This document shows, one piece after another, positions 24,401 through 37,069 of a DNA stretch of 64,000 nt (positions are counted from its first letter, which is position 1; each line of letters starts with the position of its first letter). The translations under genes were made by a program, and so were the position numbers. This stretch comes from Lama guanicoe (taxonomy: Eukaryota). Below the pieces are notes generated by a model. The model saw nothing but the letters and a program-made list of their open reading frames with translations, was not told the origin of the DNA and searched no databases. The stretch covers positions 124,001 to 188,000 of the forward strand of contig MU056270.1 of assembly GCA_013239625.1 (NCBI GenBank). Reading direction: 5' to 3'.

Positions 24401-27400
24401 AAGAAGCAATTGTTCAGCCTCAAAAGCGAGCATCGTGCCGTGCAGTGTTGCTAGATCTATCCACCACCCTTCCTGAAGGTCAAGGAAACCTGGCTGGTAC
24501 TGCTCTCGGCCTCTGGATGAGAGGGAGGGGTAGGGGTGCTTGGTCAGTGACGCAGAGGAGGGAGGGACGGTGGCAGTGGCCAGGCTGTTAGCTGGGCCCT
24601 GAGGACGCCTCTCGCCAGCCCACAAGTTCCCTGCGGCTGCCGGGAGCAGCACAAGTGTGTAGGCGTGCTCGCTTCTGGACGAGCCCAGCTGGCTCTCCTG
24701 TGACGGAACCAAGTAAAGGTGAAGAGCGAAGCTCAGGAATGGGGAACCGGTGCCACTGAAGTAGCGGTGGTGGGACGCGCTCCGCAGTCAGGAGTTGAGC
24801 AATGTGAGGGCTGGAGCCCTGGGTGTTTCCCGCCGTGGAGGAGGAAGTGTGGTGACCGGGCTCGGGCTTATGTCATGAGCTTCCCTGGAAATAACCCACC
24901 CCAGCAGCACTGAGCGCGCCTGCTCCTGGCTTTCCTTGGAAGCGGCACTTCTAGGAATGTCCGCCTGGCCTGGCCTCATGCCAGTTGTGTTCGTGAGCAA
25001 AGTCCGTGGCAGGGCCCTGAGCAGCCCCTTCGTTGACATCGGCCCTCCTGGGCGGGGCCCTGCAGTCTTGTCCCCACACTGTGCTGACAGGGGCCATCCG
25101 GATTTTTCTGGACTTGACACTTGGTGCAGAAAGGCCGGGGGCACCTCTTCCCGGCTCCTTGGCTGTCAGTTCCTTGGATGTCACCCTGCTGACCACATCC
25201 CACCCCCAGTCTCTTACTCTGACTCCTGAACCCCATCCTACACCCTATTTACGACCTGGTTCCATAGTGCCTGTGGTTCGGGACCTGCAGGTGTAAAAGG
25301 CAGACATGAGACGCTGTTCCCACTCTGAGGTTTCAGTCAAGGCACTCAGCTGTCGTCTTTGCAAAATGCTGGAGACCCCTCAGCACCGACACGTCCCCGA
25401 ACAGTGAGTCCGCCCAGCTGGTGGGGCCTTCTCAGTGTGTTCATTTACTTCTGGATTTGCTCTTCCTTTTCTGGGAAGGTGTTCTGGCAAAAGCATGGGC
25501 TGCAGGCATGGGGAGGGCCTCTTGGAAACTGTTGGGTGCCCCAATGTGGCCGGCCTAGTGGACAGAGGTGTGTGCCCTCTAGCCGCACCCGCCAGCTTCT
25601 AGCCTGCAGTTGGGGTGAGCCTGGGTTCTGGGTGGACTGGCCCTGGACCTACAGGGCCCTCTGGCCTGTCTGCTCTACACGGTCTGCCTCTATGCGGAGG
25701 CAGACGACTGCCACACTGCATAAACCACGAGGCAGATGGCAGACGGGCAGCCTGGAGCCACTTCTCAGCCAATCCAGTGGCTCAGTGTCTTTAAAGCTGT
25801 TGCACCTGATACCACGTAGCTTGTATCCGCTGTAAGTAGCAGAATATCTGACTGAACAGTGTTTTAAGTTATAAAGAGACTGATTTACAGGAAGCCTCGT
25901 GGGTGCTTCAGGCCTGGGCAGCAGCTCCTGGGAGCCCTCCTTCCAACCCCATCCCACCACCCTCCACCCCCGAGGCCTGCCACCTGTGGTCGCAGGGCGG
26001 CGGACACACTTACGGGTGTGAGTCCACTCCTCAGCCTCCCCGGCAGGAAACCTGGGGTGGAGACACCTTCCAGTTACCACGAAGGGGAAGTTTCCGGGAG
26101 CCCCGCCCCACCTCCTGCCCCGTGGCCGAACGGGAGGGAAGATGGGACGGGGCGCTCTGCCGCCCAGGCAGCATCGCTGTGATGGAAGACATCTGCCCGG
26201 CATCAGCACGTCCGTCACCAGGGAGCTCTCCGCCGGCGCCATGGCTGATGTCACTTGGGAGGCAGGGTGGACGCTCCCAGCCCCCAGCCTTCACCCCCGC
26301 TGCGGGGCGTGGCCCCGGGGCCCACCCTGCACCCCTGCCTGCCTCGTGGCTCGGCCTCCTTGGCTTCTGCTTCACAGCCCTGCGCTGAGGTCTTCAGGTT
26401 TCAGGGTCCCAGCAGGAATCTTTCCTCACCTGTTTTACACCAAGCGGGCTTTGGGGGTAGAGTTGCGATGCCCTCAGTCACCCGGTGGGTTCACATCTGA
26501 GAGTGCTTGTTCCTGGGAACATTAGCAGAAGCACACCTCACCCTGCTGGGCAGTCAGGTTTCAGGCAAGAGCCTGGAGTCTGTGGGCAATGGCTGCCACT
26601 CAGTGTCCTCTGTGCCGGCTACCCTGGTCCAGCCAGCAGCCGCCCGGCTGGTTGTGCGCCACCTGCTCCCACTCTTGTTGGCTTTGTTGGCCCTCATGAG
26701 ACTCAGACCTGGTTAGTGCAGCTGGAACCACACTCTACTCACCTCTGAATCCCTTGCAGTTCAGCAGAGCTCCTGCTAAACAGTCAGTCCTCAGTAGGTG
26801 TTGTGAACTTGGTCCGTGGGCAGCTTGAGGTGTTTTGTTCTTTATAAGCCATTCAGAGGCGGGAGACCTGGAAAAGCACATGGTCTGTAGTTTGTACTCC
26901 ACCCACCGACCTGTCTGGAACAGGCTGGCACGCACAGCTGGGCGTGAATGGCTGAAAAGCTCAGGGGCAGAAGGAAAGAGCGCAGAGCCGTCCTCGTGCA
27001 GGACTTCAGGGTTTGCAAAGCACGCTGGCCTTTGTTCCTTCATCTCAGCCTGTAAGGCATCACTCCCGCTTCGTAAGTGAGGCCAAGGGAGGCTGAGTGA
27101 GGTTCCTGGGGCCACTCAGCCAGTGAGGCCGGGCAGGGTCGGAGCTGCAGTTCCCACCTCCCAGCACTGGGGCAGGAGCAGACAGGACCCACCTCCGCGA
27201 GGGGGAGCAGGCTGGGGAGAAGATGAGGTTTTTGGATGGTCAGGCAGACTGGCTTTAGGGCTCGGGGAACCTACACTGGGTGGGCACCTCTGTCACGGGG
27301 TGGCTGTGTGGGGTCACTGTGTGCAGTGAGCGTTCAGGGGCCCAGACGGACCCTGGGGCGGGGGCGGGGCCCACCCCCAGCAAGTCAGCGGCAGCTGTGT

Positions 27401-27612
27401 GTCTCGGGAACTCCTCACAGAGAACTCCCGCCACACGCAGCGGGGGGCGCCCTCCTCGGACCCACAGCCGAGGCAGCTCCAGCCCAGGCGCTGACCAGGG
27501 CTTGATGTTGTGGGGCTTGGAGACCTTTTCAAGAAACCTCAGGTGGACTTTTCTTTTCATCGTGTGTTGAGTAAAGTAGAGAGATGTCACTTCTCTCTTT
27601 TTCCTCCCCCAG

Positions 27613-27687
27613 GACAAGACATTTCAGAGAAAGTATTAAATTCATCCACGAGTGCCGGCTCGGGGGCGAGGGCTGCCTCGTACACTG
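27613..27687 (+). CDS. DUSP22: DUSP22 coding exon 5 (75 nt; TRHFRESIKFIHECRLGGEGCLVH-C)
   Basis: Acceptor ttttcctcccccag|G and donor TG|gtacgt. The peptide is visible in ORF 27584..27799. Confidence 0.96.
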
Positions 27688-29666
27688 GTACGTGCACCTC
27701 TGGCCGGCAGCAGCAGCTGAGCAGTCCCGCTCCGCGCACGGAGGGCTCCTGCGTCTCCCCGAACCGCGGACACACACCCCCGACCCTGCTGGCTGTTAGT
27801 CACTGTCTCATTCTTTTTTCTTCTCACTCAGGATTTTCATTTTCTCAGTTGGGTTTCCACAGGGACTGTCTGGACAGCAGAAACCCCCTTTCCAGGGAAC
27901 ATACACTCAGCTCTGAACCCCAGTGGCTTTCACCACACTGTTTCCTTCTGGAGCTTTGACTGCATACACGGGCGGGTGTTCAGTGCTGCATTCCTGTCAC
28001 ACCAAAATGACCATTTCTTCTCCCTTGACAGGTTGGGGCTTTTGTGTGTGTTTGCCTTGTACTTTGAAGAGGACTGACTAGACTCTTAGAATTAAGCAGT
28101 TACATGCAGCCGTCCGCCTACATTCAGCTTCGCTTTGTGTGGGCCGTGTGCACACACCTGTGCACACACATGTTGTGCCGGGAAAGCTGTTCCAGCACAC
28201 GTAGCTGCACCTGCCTGGCACACAGCAGGCACCCAGGGCAGGTCAGCTCTCATTTTATTACCACCAGCGCTTGTACTGATAACACAGCTAATAAGGGTAA
28301 CATAAGCTGGTCTTTGCAGGGGTAACAGGTCCAGGGAACCAGCAGCCAGCATTCTGGGGCAGAGGGCTGCTGCCTCTTGAATGAGGTTCGAGCTCTTGAA
28401 TGAGTTTACTGAGGGCGCAACACTCTCCTGAATTCCCCAAATGAGCGGCTTCTGCAGGAAGAGCTCTTGGCAGATGCAGGCGCTGTCTCCCGGGACAGCC
28501 ACCGCCCGGACGAGGGGCCGGGGGTCCCCTTGGTGGTGCCCAGAGGAGCCTCACGGGAGCCACGGTCGGTTCTGAGACCAGCATCCCGCAGCAGGGGAGA
28601 GGGCACTGGACAGTTCGATGGCTGCTTGGCATAGTGTGGTTTCTCCTTTTACTTTTAGAAAGAGCAGGACATGTAATGAACACAAGTGCAGGTTTTGTGA
28701 CACTCACTCGCGTTTGCTTCACAGCACTTCACGCTGCCGTCGGAGCCATTCCAGGGGTCCTGGGTGCAGTGCCTGGCGTTAGCATCTCCCCAGGTGCAGC
28801 CCAAGAGGATGCCTTTTTAAAACAAGCTCTCTCGATATTTCTGACACAAAGCCTGAGGGCAGAACCGCTACTTGAGAGCGGTTCTTTTATTTTTACTATT
28901 ACTATTATTTATATTTGACTGTGTGCAGGCCTGATACTCTAGGAATTCGTATTTCGTAGAGTTGTGTAAATCTGAGCATAGGCCTTTCTAAAAATGAGAC
29001 ACTCGCTTACACTTCCCCATCGTAAACCGTTGCTGCACACTCCAAGTCTGACGCAGCACAACCCCTCTGTGACCGCCTTCATTTGCATGTGCATTTAAAA
29101 TCGGTCCCCGTCCTCAGCCTGCTGGAGAAACTGCCCGTTACCGCCTGCAGAGCGTTCCCCCGCCCCCCCAGAGCACGTGGACTGTGCCTGCTCCGGTGCC
29201 CTGCCGAGGGGTGTGCAGAGCACGCAATGCTCAGCGAACTTCTAAGCTGTAGGCTTGGCCCTCATGTATCTAAGGAAGCCAGACCTAAAAAGTGGCACCT
29301 TCTAGACGGCTGCAGTTTGTAACCGGGCTTATTACTCAGACCCCCTTGCTTCCTTGACGGGCTTTAGTGATTGTGCTGCCCAGGGGAGTGGGAGCATCTG
29401 AGGAGGGGCTCAGGAACAGTAGAGGATCATAAAGCAAAGTGTCTGGAGCCAGAGCCAGTAGAAAACCAATAAAAAATGAGGCTCACACAGAAAAAGAATG
29501 CCTGAGATTCTAGCATCACCAAGTAGAGAGAAGCCGGTGTGTTTCTGGGTGACTTCCTGGTAACGTACTGGCTTGCTGTCCACTCATGATCCAAGACGGG
29601 AAGGGCGCCTAAACAAGTCCACAGAGTCACTGACCCTCCCTTGCCCTGCGGCTTTCGGCCCTGCAG

Positions 29667-29838
29667 CCTGGCTGGCGTCTCCCGAAGTGTGACCCTGGTG
29701 GTCGCGTACATCATGACGGTCACCGACTTCGGCTGGGAAGACGCCCTCCACACCGTGCGTGCAGGGAGGTCCTGCGCCAACCCCAACCTGGGCTTCCAGA
29801 GGCAGCTCCAGGAGTTCGAGAAGCACCAAGTCCACCAG
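29667..29838 (+). CDS. DUSP22: DUSP22 coding exon 6 (172 nt; LAGVSRSVTLVVAYIMTVTDFGWEDALHTVRAGRSCANPNLGFQRQLQEFEKHQVHQ)
   Basis: Acceptor ctgcag|C and donor CAG|gtaact. With exon 5 it forms the HCX5R motif HCLAGVSR; AYIM and NPNxGF motifs of atypical DUSPs are present. Confidence 0.97.
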
Positions 29839-30268
29839 GTAACTACGCTTGGGGGCTGGCAGCGGCGGCGGCGGCCCTGGGAAGATTCCTCAGTCTTTGT
29901 GCACACGCCAGACTCCTGGAGGTCGGAGAGGCCTAGAGGTCATCTGGGGCAGGTCGCCCTCATCCCCACTGCAGCCACCTCTGGCCTCTTGTTCACTGCC
30001 CTTCCCCTCGTTCCTCAGCCTCACATGGACATCTGTTTCTCTCCCTTTGGGTCAAGCACCTTCTCAGTGCGCTTGCTTTTATGTTCTCAAGCCCAAACCG
30101 GGGAGAAGCAGTCATTCTTCCTCCTTGCCCCTGGCTGGCAGCCTCAGCGCTGCACGCTCAGCACCCATATGCTCCCATTTACAGTGGCAGAACCTGCCCG
30201 TCAGGTAGTAGGTGAGGGTCCTGGGGTGCAGCTTTGTGGCATCTCGGTTTTGTTTCCACCTTCTCCAG

Positions 30269-30341
30269 TTCCGGCAGTGGCTGAGGGAGGAGTATGGAGA
30301 GGACCCTTTGCGGGACGCAGAAGCAGCCAGAAGCATCCTGG
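30269..30341 (+). CDS. DUSP22: DUSP22 coding exon 7, spliced form (73 nt; FRQWLREEYGEDPLRDAEAARSIL)
   Basis: Acceptor ccttctccag|TT. Internal donor CTGG|gtaaat (phase 1) joins in frame to exon 8. Confidence 0.92.
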
Positions 30342-30451
30342 GTAAATATAAAGAGCAGGGGCGTGCAGAGCCCCCGCCTGGCACCAGGCGCTGGAGCAGC
30401 TTCCAGGCCCTGGCTCCTCTGCCCCATGGCAGCCACACCACGGAGACCTAG
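30269..30451 (+). CDS. DUSP22: DUSP22 exon 7 extended (intron-retaining) form ending GKYKEQGRAEPPPGTRRWSSFQALAPLPHGSHTTET*
   Basis: The frame stays open past the donor to TAG at 30449-30451. The tail resembles the long mammalian DUSP22 isoform ending TTET (from memory). Confidence 0.85.
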   Translation, partial: FRQWLREEYGEDPLRDAEAARSILGKYKEQGRAEPPPGTRRWSSFQALAPLPHGSHTTET

Positions 30452-31634
30452 CCTGGGCCTCGCTCCTGCCACTCCCACTCGCCCTCCGTGCCGTCCTGCT
30501 GGGTACCCTGGTTGCTGGCCTGGCCCGAGGACTGGAAGTGGGTGTCTGGTGAATCAGGCCCCTCCCAAGAACCACTCCCAGCTTCTGCGCTGCCTGGATG
30601 CTGCTGCCCCTCGTGTCCTGGCGAGCCGGGGTGCGTGTGCACACCTGTGTGCACGTGCGTACGTGAGCATGTCTGTGCATGTGTGAGTGTGAACTCTGCA
30701 TGTTCACGTTACGGGAACCACCACAAACCCTGCACTGTGGGACTGGCTGTGCTGCTTCTCCCAAGGCTCCACGGGGGGGGGGGTACGTTTGGAGTTGGCC
30801 TTGGGAGAGCCATTTAGCCAGGGCAGCCCGTGCCTGTGAGCAGACGGTGGGGAGGGCTCAGGGGGCAGGGGCCTCCCCGGAGCCCAGGGTGCTGGTGCCG
30901 GGCGGCAGGGGCCCAGCTGCCTCCTGAGGGTGTTCCTGGGACCCTTGGAGGCTGGGGCAGTGGTGAGCCCGGCCTCGACCCCTCCCGCCCAAGTCAGCCC
31001 CTTCTCTGCCTTTCACACCCTGAGGGCCCTTGGTGGCTGTCCTTCCGCACCAGCTTTCACCGCATGGGGAGCAGCCCCACGTCCGCCCTCTGCCTCTGTC
31101 CAGCTTCGCCTCTCCCCGCCGCCTGCCGCTCTTGCTGCCAGGGCCTCTCTGCAAGGTCTGCATGCGCCTCGGAGCTGGAAGAAAGAGCGGTTCTGGGCAC
31201 CGTCACGGTTTCCGCTTGAATATGCGTTTTTGAAGTCCCTGAGCACTAATCAGGCACCTTTGTGTGTGCTGTGGATTTGAAACCTGCTCTCAGCTACCTC
31301 GTTAAGTGTTTTCGAGGTGTTTTCATTATTCCAGTCAGTTCTGCCTCACAGCTGGAACTGTTCCATCACAACTGCGTCTGAAGCCAGAGGGGAAAGGATC
31401 ACATCACTGGGCTACTCAGAGCTTCTGACTTGGGCTGCAGGGGTGCCTCCTGGTGGGTAAAGTCACCAGCCAGGTGCGACCTGTGCGCGCTGAGCAGCCC
31501 CGTGGCCCAGGCCTCTGTGCTGACTCGGGTGGTCTCAGCACGAAGAGCCACGCAGATGAAGACACATACTCAGCCTCTCCCTAAACAGACGTTGCAGCCC
31601 AGTTTCTCCGAATTCCACCACAAAAGGGTCCCTG

Positions 31635-31640
31635 AATAAA
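31635..31640 (+). promoter_or_regulatory. Candidate proximal poly(A) signal (AATAAA) for the exon-7-extended isoform
   Basis: Canonical hexamer ~1.2 kb after the TAG, upstream of exon 8. Usage cannot be shown from sequence. Confidence 0.35.
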
Positions 31641-31754
31641 AAGAAAGTGCGTCATAGGCGACCTCCTCGGGGCCAGGAGAAGGGAGGCCTGCGCATGGAG
31701 TTACCCTTCTGCAGCCAAGACAGTTTGCCTCGAAAGTGACTTTTCCTTAAACCG

Positions 31755-31806
31755 AAAAAAAAAAAAAAGAGAGAGAGAGGGAGGGAGAGAGAGAGAGCGC
31801 GAGCGC
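31755..31806. repeat. Poly(A)/(GA)n microsatellite in DUSP22 intron 7
   Basis: Direct inspection. Confidence 0.85.
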
Positions 31807-31942
31807 AAACATGTTAACAGGAAAAGTACCAGGATGTCAGCTTGAACGCGTAAACATGTGTGTCCAGCGTGGACCCTAAACGTATTCCTGTGTTTTAAAG
31901 TGTCGTTTTACGTTTGTCGCCAGTGATGTTCTTTCTTCACAG

Positions 31943-31989
31943 CCACCTCGGGGATTCTGAAGTCCTGGGCCTTTCTCCGAAGACTGTAA
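31943..31989 (+). CDS. DUSP22: DUSP22 terminal coding exon 8 ((A)TSGILKSWAFLRRL*)
   Basis: Acceptor ttctttcttcacag|CC and TAA at 31987-31989. In-window exons sum to 500 nt; adding the 55 coding nt expected from exons 1-2 gives the canonical 184-aa protein. Confidence 0.93.
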
Positions 31990-32816
31990 TGTTCCTGACG
32001 TTTCTGAAATGTTGCAGAGCCACAGAGTTTAGGCTGGTGCTGCCAGGAAGAAAAGCAACCCAGAGTTTAAGTGTCCAGAAGTGGTTTGTGAACCTGCCTG
32101 TTTTCCTCTCAAACCGGTACAGCATGTCGCCAGCCACGTGCCGTCTCTGGCAAAAGAGACCTGTCTTCACCTGGTGCCACTGCTGTGGCTCCCTGTTTGC
32201 CCTGAGCCCCGCTGCCCAGGCCGTCTCCGCGGCCTGCCGTGCCCCCTCTGCTCCTGGAGCGCGGCTCCCGGGCTGTGTTCCATCCCTGGTTTTGTTCCCC
32301 GTGTGGCCTTGGCGCCCACACGTGTTTCTGTTGGTGAAGGCAGCCCTCCACGTTGAGCCCCGCCGCCCGCCTTCCTCCTCAGCCGGGTGGGGACCCCACG
32401 CCACCAGGCCGTTGGGGGCTGCTTTCCAGAGGGTGGGGTGGTGACCTGCTTCCCTGTGGGAGAACGTGGGTCCCCGTGGGCCGGGGTCCCGGGGGATGCG
32501 GCGTCCAGTGCCTTCTCCTGATTCCGTGTTCAGCTTCGATTTGAAGGACGCTAACTGGTGTGAAGAGCAGTTGAAGTCAATTTCTCAACTTTTTCTCGTC
32601 TCAGTCCAGCAGGGGAGAAGGAAACCTAACTTTTACTTAAAGGATAGGTTTGGCTTGAGCTCAGGGAGCTGACAGGGTGGGCTCATTGGCGGAGGTGTGT
32701 GCTTGGCCTGTGTTCTGAGTCGGGGCGGGGGCGGGGCGATGAGTTGGGTGAAGAGGACCCCTCGTGCCCAGCAGCCCCTGGCCGGTGTGGGATGACAGTT
32801 CAGATCCATTTGGAGC

Positions 32817-32822
32817 ATTAAA
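32817..32822 (+). promoter_or_regulatory. Candidate distal DUSP22 poly(A) signal (ATTAAA)
   Basis: First common poly(A) hexamer I found downstream of the exon 8 stop, ~830 nt away. Confidence 0.4.
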
Positions 32823-34599
32823 ATGCTTGTTCTGACTCAACAGGCCCGCCTGGGTGAAGCATGGGTAATCCAGGTGTAGGTGCTGGACCTGGAAGCCCTG
32901 AGATGCCCCCCAGTCCCCTCCTGTGAAGATCGGACTTGAGCAGCAGCCCAGCCCAGGGCGAGCCTTGGAAGACCCCTGGGCAGCACACAGGCCCCTCGCC
33001 AGGTGGCTGTCCGGTGCTCTGCAGGCCACAGACCGTCCCCCGCAGCGGTGTAGGCCGGAGAGAAGATGGTATTTCATTCACCTGAGGCTCAGAGAGCCCC
33101 GGAAACATACCAGAAACTAAAGATGTTAGCGATGCTTTGCTTGAACCTGGGTTTTCTGGTCCCAAATCAGTGGGCAGGGTGAGAGGGAGGGGCCGGGTGC
33201 CCCAGGCTCTGCACGCAGAGGTTTTGAGGCCCCAGCGCCAGGGCCTCTGGGGAAGGGCCAGCACCACTGCAGCGTGCGTGGCCGTGAAGCTGGAGCCTCT
33301 GTTTGCCTGTTTCCCCCGCGCTCTCTCTGGGGGTGATTTTGGGCCACTGTGGGGTGGTGGTCAGTTCCTGTGACCAGACCAGGTGTCCGGGTCTCGTGGA
33401 GATGGGGACGGTGGACTCCCCCAGCCCCGAGGGCCCTCCTTGTCGGGTAAGGGGGCCGTGGCTCCGGGCAGTTCTCTCAGGCTGCCTCTTCTGTGGTTTT
33501 CTTCGAACACCGGTCCGCCCAGCCCAGGTCCACCGTGAGGGAGGCCTGCCCTGCCTCCGTCATCCAGCCCCTTGTTGGTTCGCTTGACGAAGGCTCGTTT
33601 GTCCCAGCAGGTGCTGTGGGACTCAGGCAGGACACACAGACCCACCCCTGGTTCTCAGAAGACTAGCTTGGTGGGGGGTGGCAGCGAGGAAAACTGGCAG
33701 TTGCAGAGCAGGCTGCGAGCACCAGGCAGGTGCTCCTGTGCCGTGTGGGGAAGGGAGACACCTTTCCAGGTTGGGGGAGGGAGATCGTGTTCGGGAAGGC
33801 ACCTCAGAGAAGGTGGTACTGAACTGGAGGCCTGAAGATGGGTGCTGAGCAATCAGCACTATGGGCAGAGGGGAGTCCAGGCAGAGGCCTGCACGATCGC
33901 TTTGTGTGACAGGAACCGGTGCTGGGGGGCAGTGATGGGAGCTACAGACACAGGCAGAGGCCCAGGCGTCCACTGTCCACTTGGTGCTGCTGTCCAGTGA
34001 CTGGTGACTCCTCACACCTGCCTTGAAGCTGACCAGCTCAGAGGTCTGGTCCCGAGCATGCAGCCTTGTGAGCAGCCGGTCTGCGGACCGGAGGGGGCTC
34101 CTGAATGTGCTGGGCGCACTGGCACAGTGGCAGGTGTGCAGGGGGGAGTGGGGGTCCATGAGGGGCTGGTCAGGAGGCCATGACCACGGCCGTCCAGGTG
34201 ACAAACGGGGGCCTGGAAGGGGACTGTGGTGTGGAGGCGAAGGGGCTGAGGAGGCTGGGGGGGAGGGGTGCTCCTGGTGCGGCTCTCCCGAGTCTGGTCT
34301 CCCCCGCCGTGGCAGGGTGTGGGCTCTGCCCTGTCCAGGGGGGACTGAAGGGTGCTGCCGGCCCAAGGCCCCCACAGGTGCACCCCTGGTGGGACCCTGC
34401 TTTGCACATAAGGTGCTCAGGTCTGTCCTCACACCCATGACCGACTTCCAGGAAGCAGACTTGTGACACTTAATGTTCAATTCAAATGTCCAGTTTCTTA
34501 CTTTATTGGGAAAGATAAAATATTTGCTTTGTGAAGACTAACTTTATCCCCTAACCAGGCTGTCTGTCTCTCATTATCAAGATTTTTGGAAACCAGCAG

Positions 34600-34665
34600 A
34601 TGTACACCGTGACGTACACAATGTTGTATGTCAGTTATGTCTCAATAAAGCTGAAGAAAAAAGGG
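34600..34665 (+). mobile_element. Short L1 3' tail
   Basis: acacaatgttgtatgtcagttatgtctcaataaagctgaagaaaaa is an L1M-type terminus. Confidence 0.6.
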
Positions 34666-35048
34666 AAAGCATGTTTAGTCCTGAGACGCTGCCCTGTGCT
34701 ACGGACGTGGGGCTGACACCTGGGGTGCGGTGTCCTGACAGGCGTGTCCCGAGAGGTGTGGGCCGCGTGCCACCTGGCACACGTCTGCAGCCTCAGTCCC
34801 TCCTGAAGTCCCTGTGCTGGTCCTCACAGGCCGCCTCGCCCTGCCCGGCAGCTTCTGACTCAACTCCGTTTCTCAGAGCACCTTTGTTAACCTTTGGCTT
34901 CTCTGGGTCTGGTTCCCGCTGGTGGCTTTTTTGTGTAAAAGGTGCTGGTTCCTTCCAGCTTCTGTCTCAGCAGGAAACCCCACACCTGACTTCTGGGGCC
35001 GCTTCCTGCTGCTGGTGCACGGAGACAGCCTGCTAGTTGGTGTGCCTG

Positions 35049-35088
35049 TGTGCGTGTGTGTGTGCGCGCGCGCACACACACATGCACA
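35049..35088. repeat. (TG)n(CG)n(CA)n palindromic alternating purine-pyrimidine tract
   Basis: Perfect 28-bp palindrome at 35055-35082, extending to 40 bp with one G-T mismatch. Confidence 0.9.
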
Positions 35089-37069
35089 GCTGTCTTTTGT
35101 TGCTTGTTCATTTTATTTTGGAGAAATCCTTAGCCTTTGAGGAATCCTGTGAGCCCAGGTTCCTTAGACGGCGTGGCCAGGGAGCCCAGGAAAGGCAGAG
35201 CTGGTCACCACGGGCTGCCCTGCACGCTAGCACCTAGTCCTGGAAACGGGGAACACACAGAGACTCAGCATCCTGTGATCCCACACTGGATGACCCCTCC
35301 CATCCTGACTCTGAGTTATTAATAATTTTATCAAGAATGTGCTTTCAACACGCTTGTATTTACAGACGTACTTAACAAGAAATCACCAAGACTTCAGAGG
35401 GAAGTTCCTCTTCCCTTTCCTTTTTATGGCCCAGAGACAAGGAGAAACGGAGAAAAAAAAATGCCTTTGACTTGTGCTGGAGGCTTGAGAACGTCCACTG
35501 TCCCTTCTGAGGGTCTGCTGGGGCCTCCTTAGGCCCCGGGCCCACCAGCTGTCAGATGCTTGACTGCGGGGACACCGGCCGCATTTCACCCGGACCCTTG
35601 GCTTTCTTGCTTTCCTCCCAGTGAGATTTTGAGAACTGTGGCTGCAACGGCGGGACGTGCTTATTTCAGCCAGTGTCAGAGTCAGTGTTCTGGTTGCAGC
35701 GTGGCCTCAGCCACGTCGGGCAGCAGTGGGTTAGAGGCTGCAGTGCTGGTCGGGGCCGTCCGCCGGGGGAAGAGTCGCAGTCCAGGCTGAACACCTGCAA
35801 GCCTGGGCTGCGTCGGCTCTGGACACATTGTGGGTCAGAAGAGTTAGCAGTAGGCAGTTCACTTTCCTGGAGCCTTGGGTTCGGCTGTGAGTGATCTAAA
35901 GGGCTCTCTTGTAACTGGAAGCCCAGGGCCGCCCGTGTTCTGATCCAGGTGGTCTGGCTGCATGTGTGGGGGCAGGTTTGGTAGGGGAGATGGGATGGGA
36001 TTGGACCAAGGCCTGTCTGGGAAGGCTGTGGGGGTAGAGGGGACTGATTCTGGGGGTGAACAATTCCTTCTAGTTTGGGACAGTTTTTGGAAACAGTGCT
36101 GATCACGCCAAGGGCATTTCCCAGTTCGACCCAGGGAGGCTCACAGCTCACGGGGGCTCAGCGCCCAGCCTCTGGGACGCACACGCATGACAAGTGGCAC
36201 GTGTGATGGAACACTGATGTGTGTGGGCCCCCCCCAGAGTCCGCTCACCTCAGACGTGGCCAGACCGGCACAAACAGGAGCCGTGCTCTCTGGTGAGCGG
36301 GCCTGCCTCTCAGTCGGCTCTGGGTTTCCCCAAGGCACCAATGGGGAGCCTCTTGGAAAATAAAAATCAAAAGGCCTCCGTGTGTGCACCAGAGAAATGT
36401 CATCTTCTGCTTTGCAAAGGGTGTGCCCTTCACAGCGAGAGGCCACGGGGTGCAGAGCTTCCTCAGAAGGGAGTCTGCAGAGCCTTGCCATGTACTGGGC
36501 CAGATGGTCAGTCCTCCTCGGTCTGTGTGAAGCCACGCTGATGTGGTGGTAGGAGGTGTGAGGCAGGACCAGTGCTCCCTGTCCGCAGAGGCCCTTGTGA
36601 ACCTCCAGAGGCCAGGTGCATCTCGGGGCTTGCAGCAGTGGCTGCCTCTCTCCTGCCTCAATACTCACAGTCGCGCAGCACAGGGGCCTGTGCTCTGCCC
36701 TGCCGCGCCCTTCCCGAATCTCCCGCCCGCCGGGAGCTCAGCGGTGCCGGTCCTGATGCGCAGGTCAGGGCAGAGGTGACCAGGCAGCCTGGCTGCGGTC
36801 CGCTTTGATCCCAGTTCTCTGGAATACCTTGGGGAAGTCCCCAAGAAGGCAGCCCACTCATGTGGGGAACTTCTCTGGACCGGCGTGGAAGAAACCCCCT
36901 AGAGGGGTGAGCAGAGCTGGACGGTGCCCCCCGGGAGCTCGGTGCTGCGGCCGCAGCCCACCTCACGGCTGCCCGGGTGTCGCCGTGTGGCCTAGGAAGG
37001 CCCTTCTGCCCCCGGCTAGGTGACAAGACGGTCAGCCTGAGGAAGGTCAGCTGTCACTGAGCGCTCAGA

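Noticed and set aside
29641-30345. 234-aa ORF as a stand-alone phosphatase gene
   Set aside because: Only 29667-29838 is DUSP22 exon 6; the rest is intron read-through.
3536-36841. Scattered degenerate NF-kB matches (e.g. 3536, 36832) and CRE palindromes (14844, 20171)
   Set aside because: Numbers are compatible with chance at this base composition.
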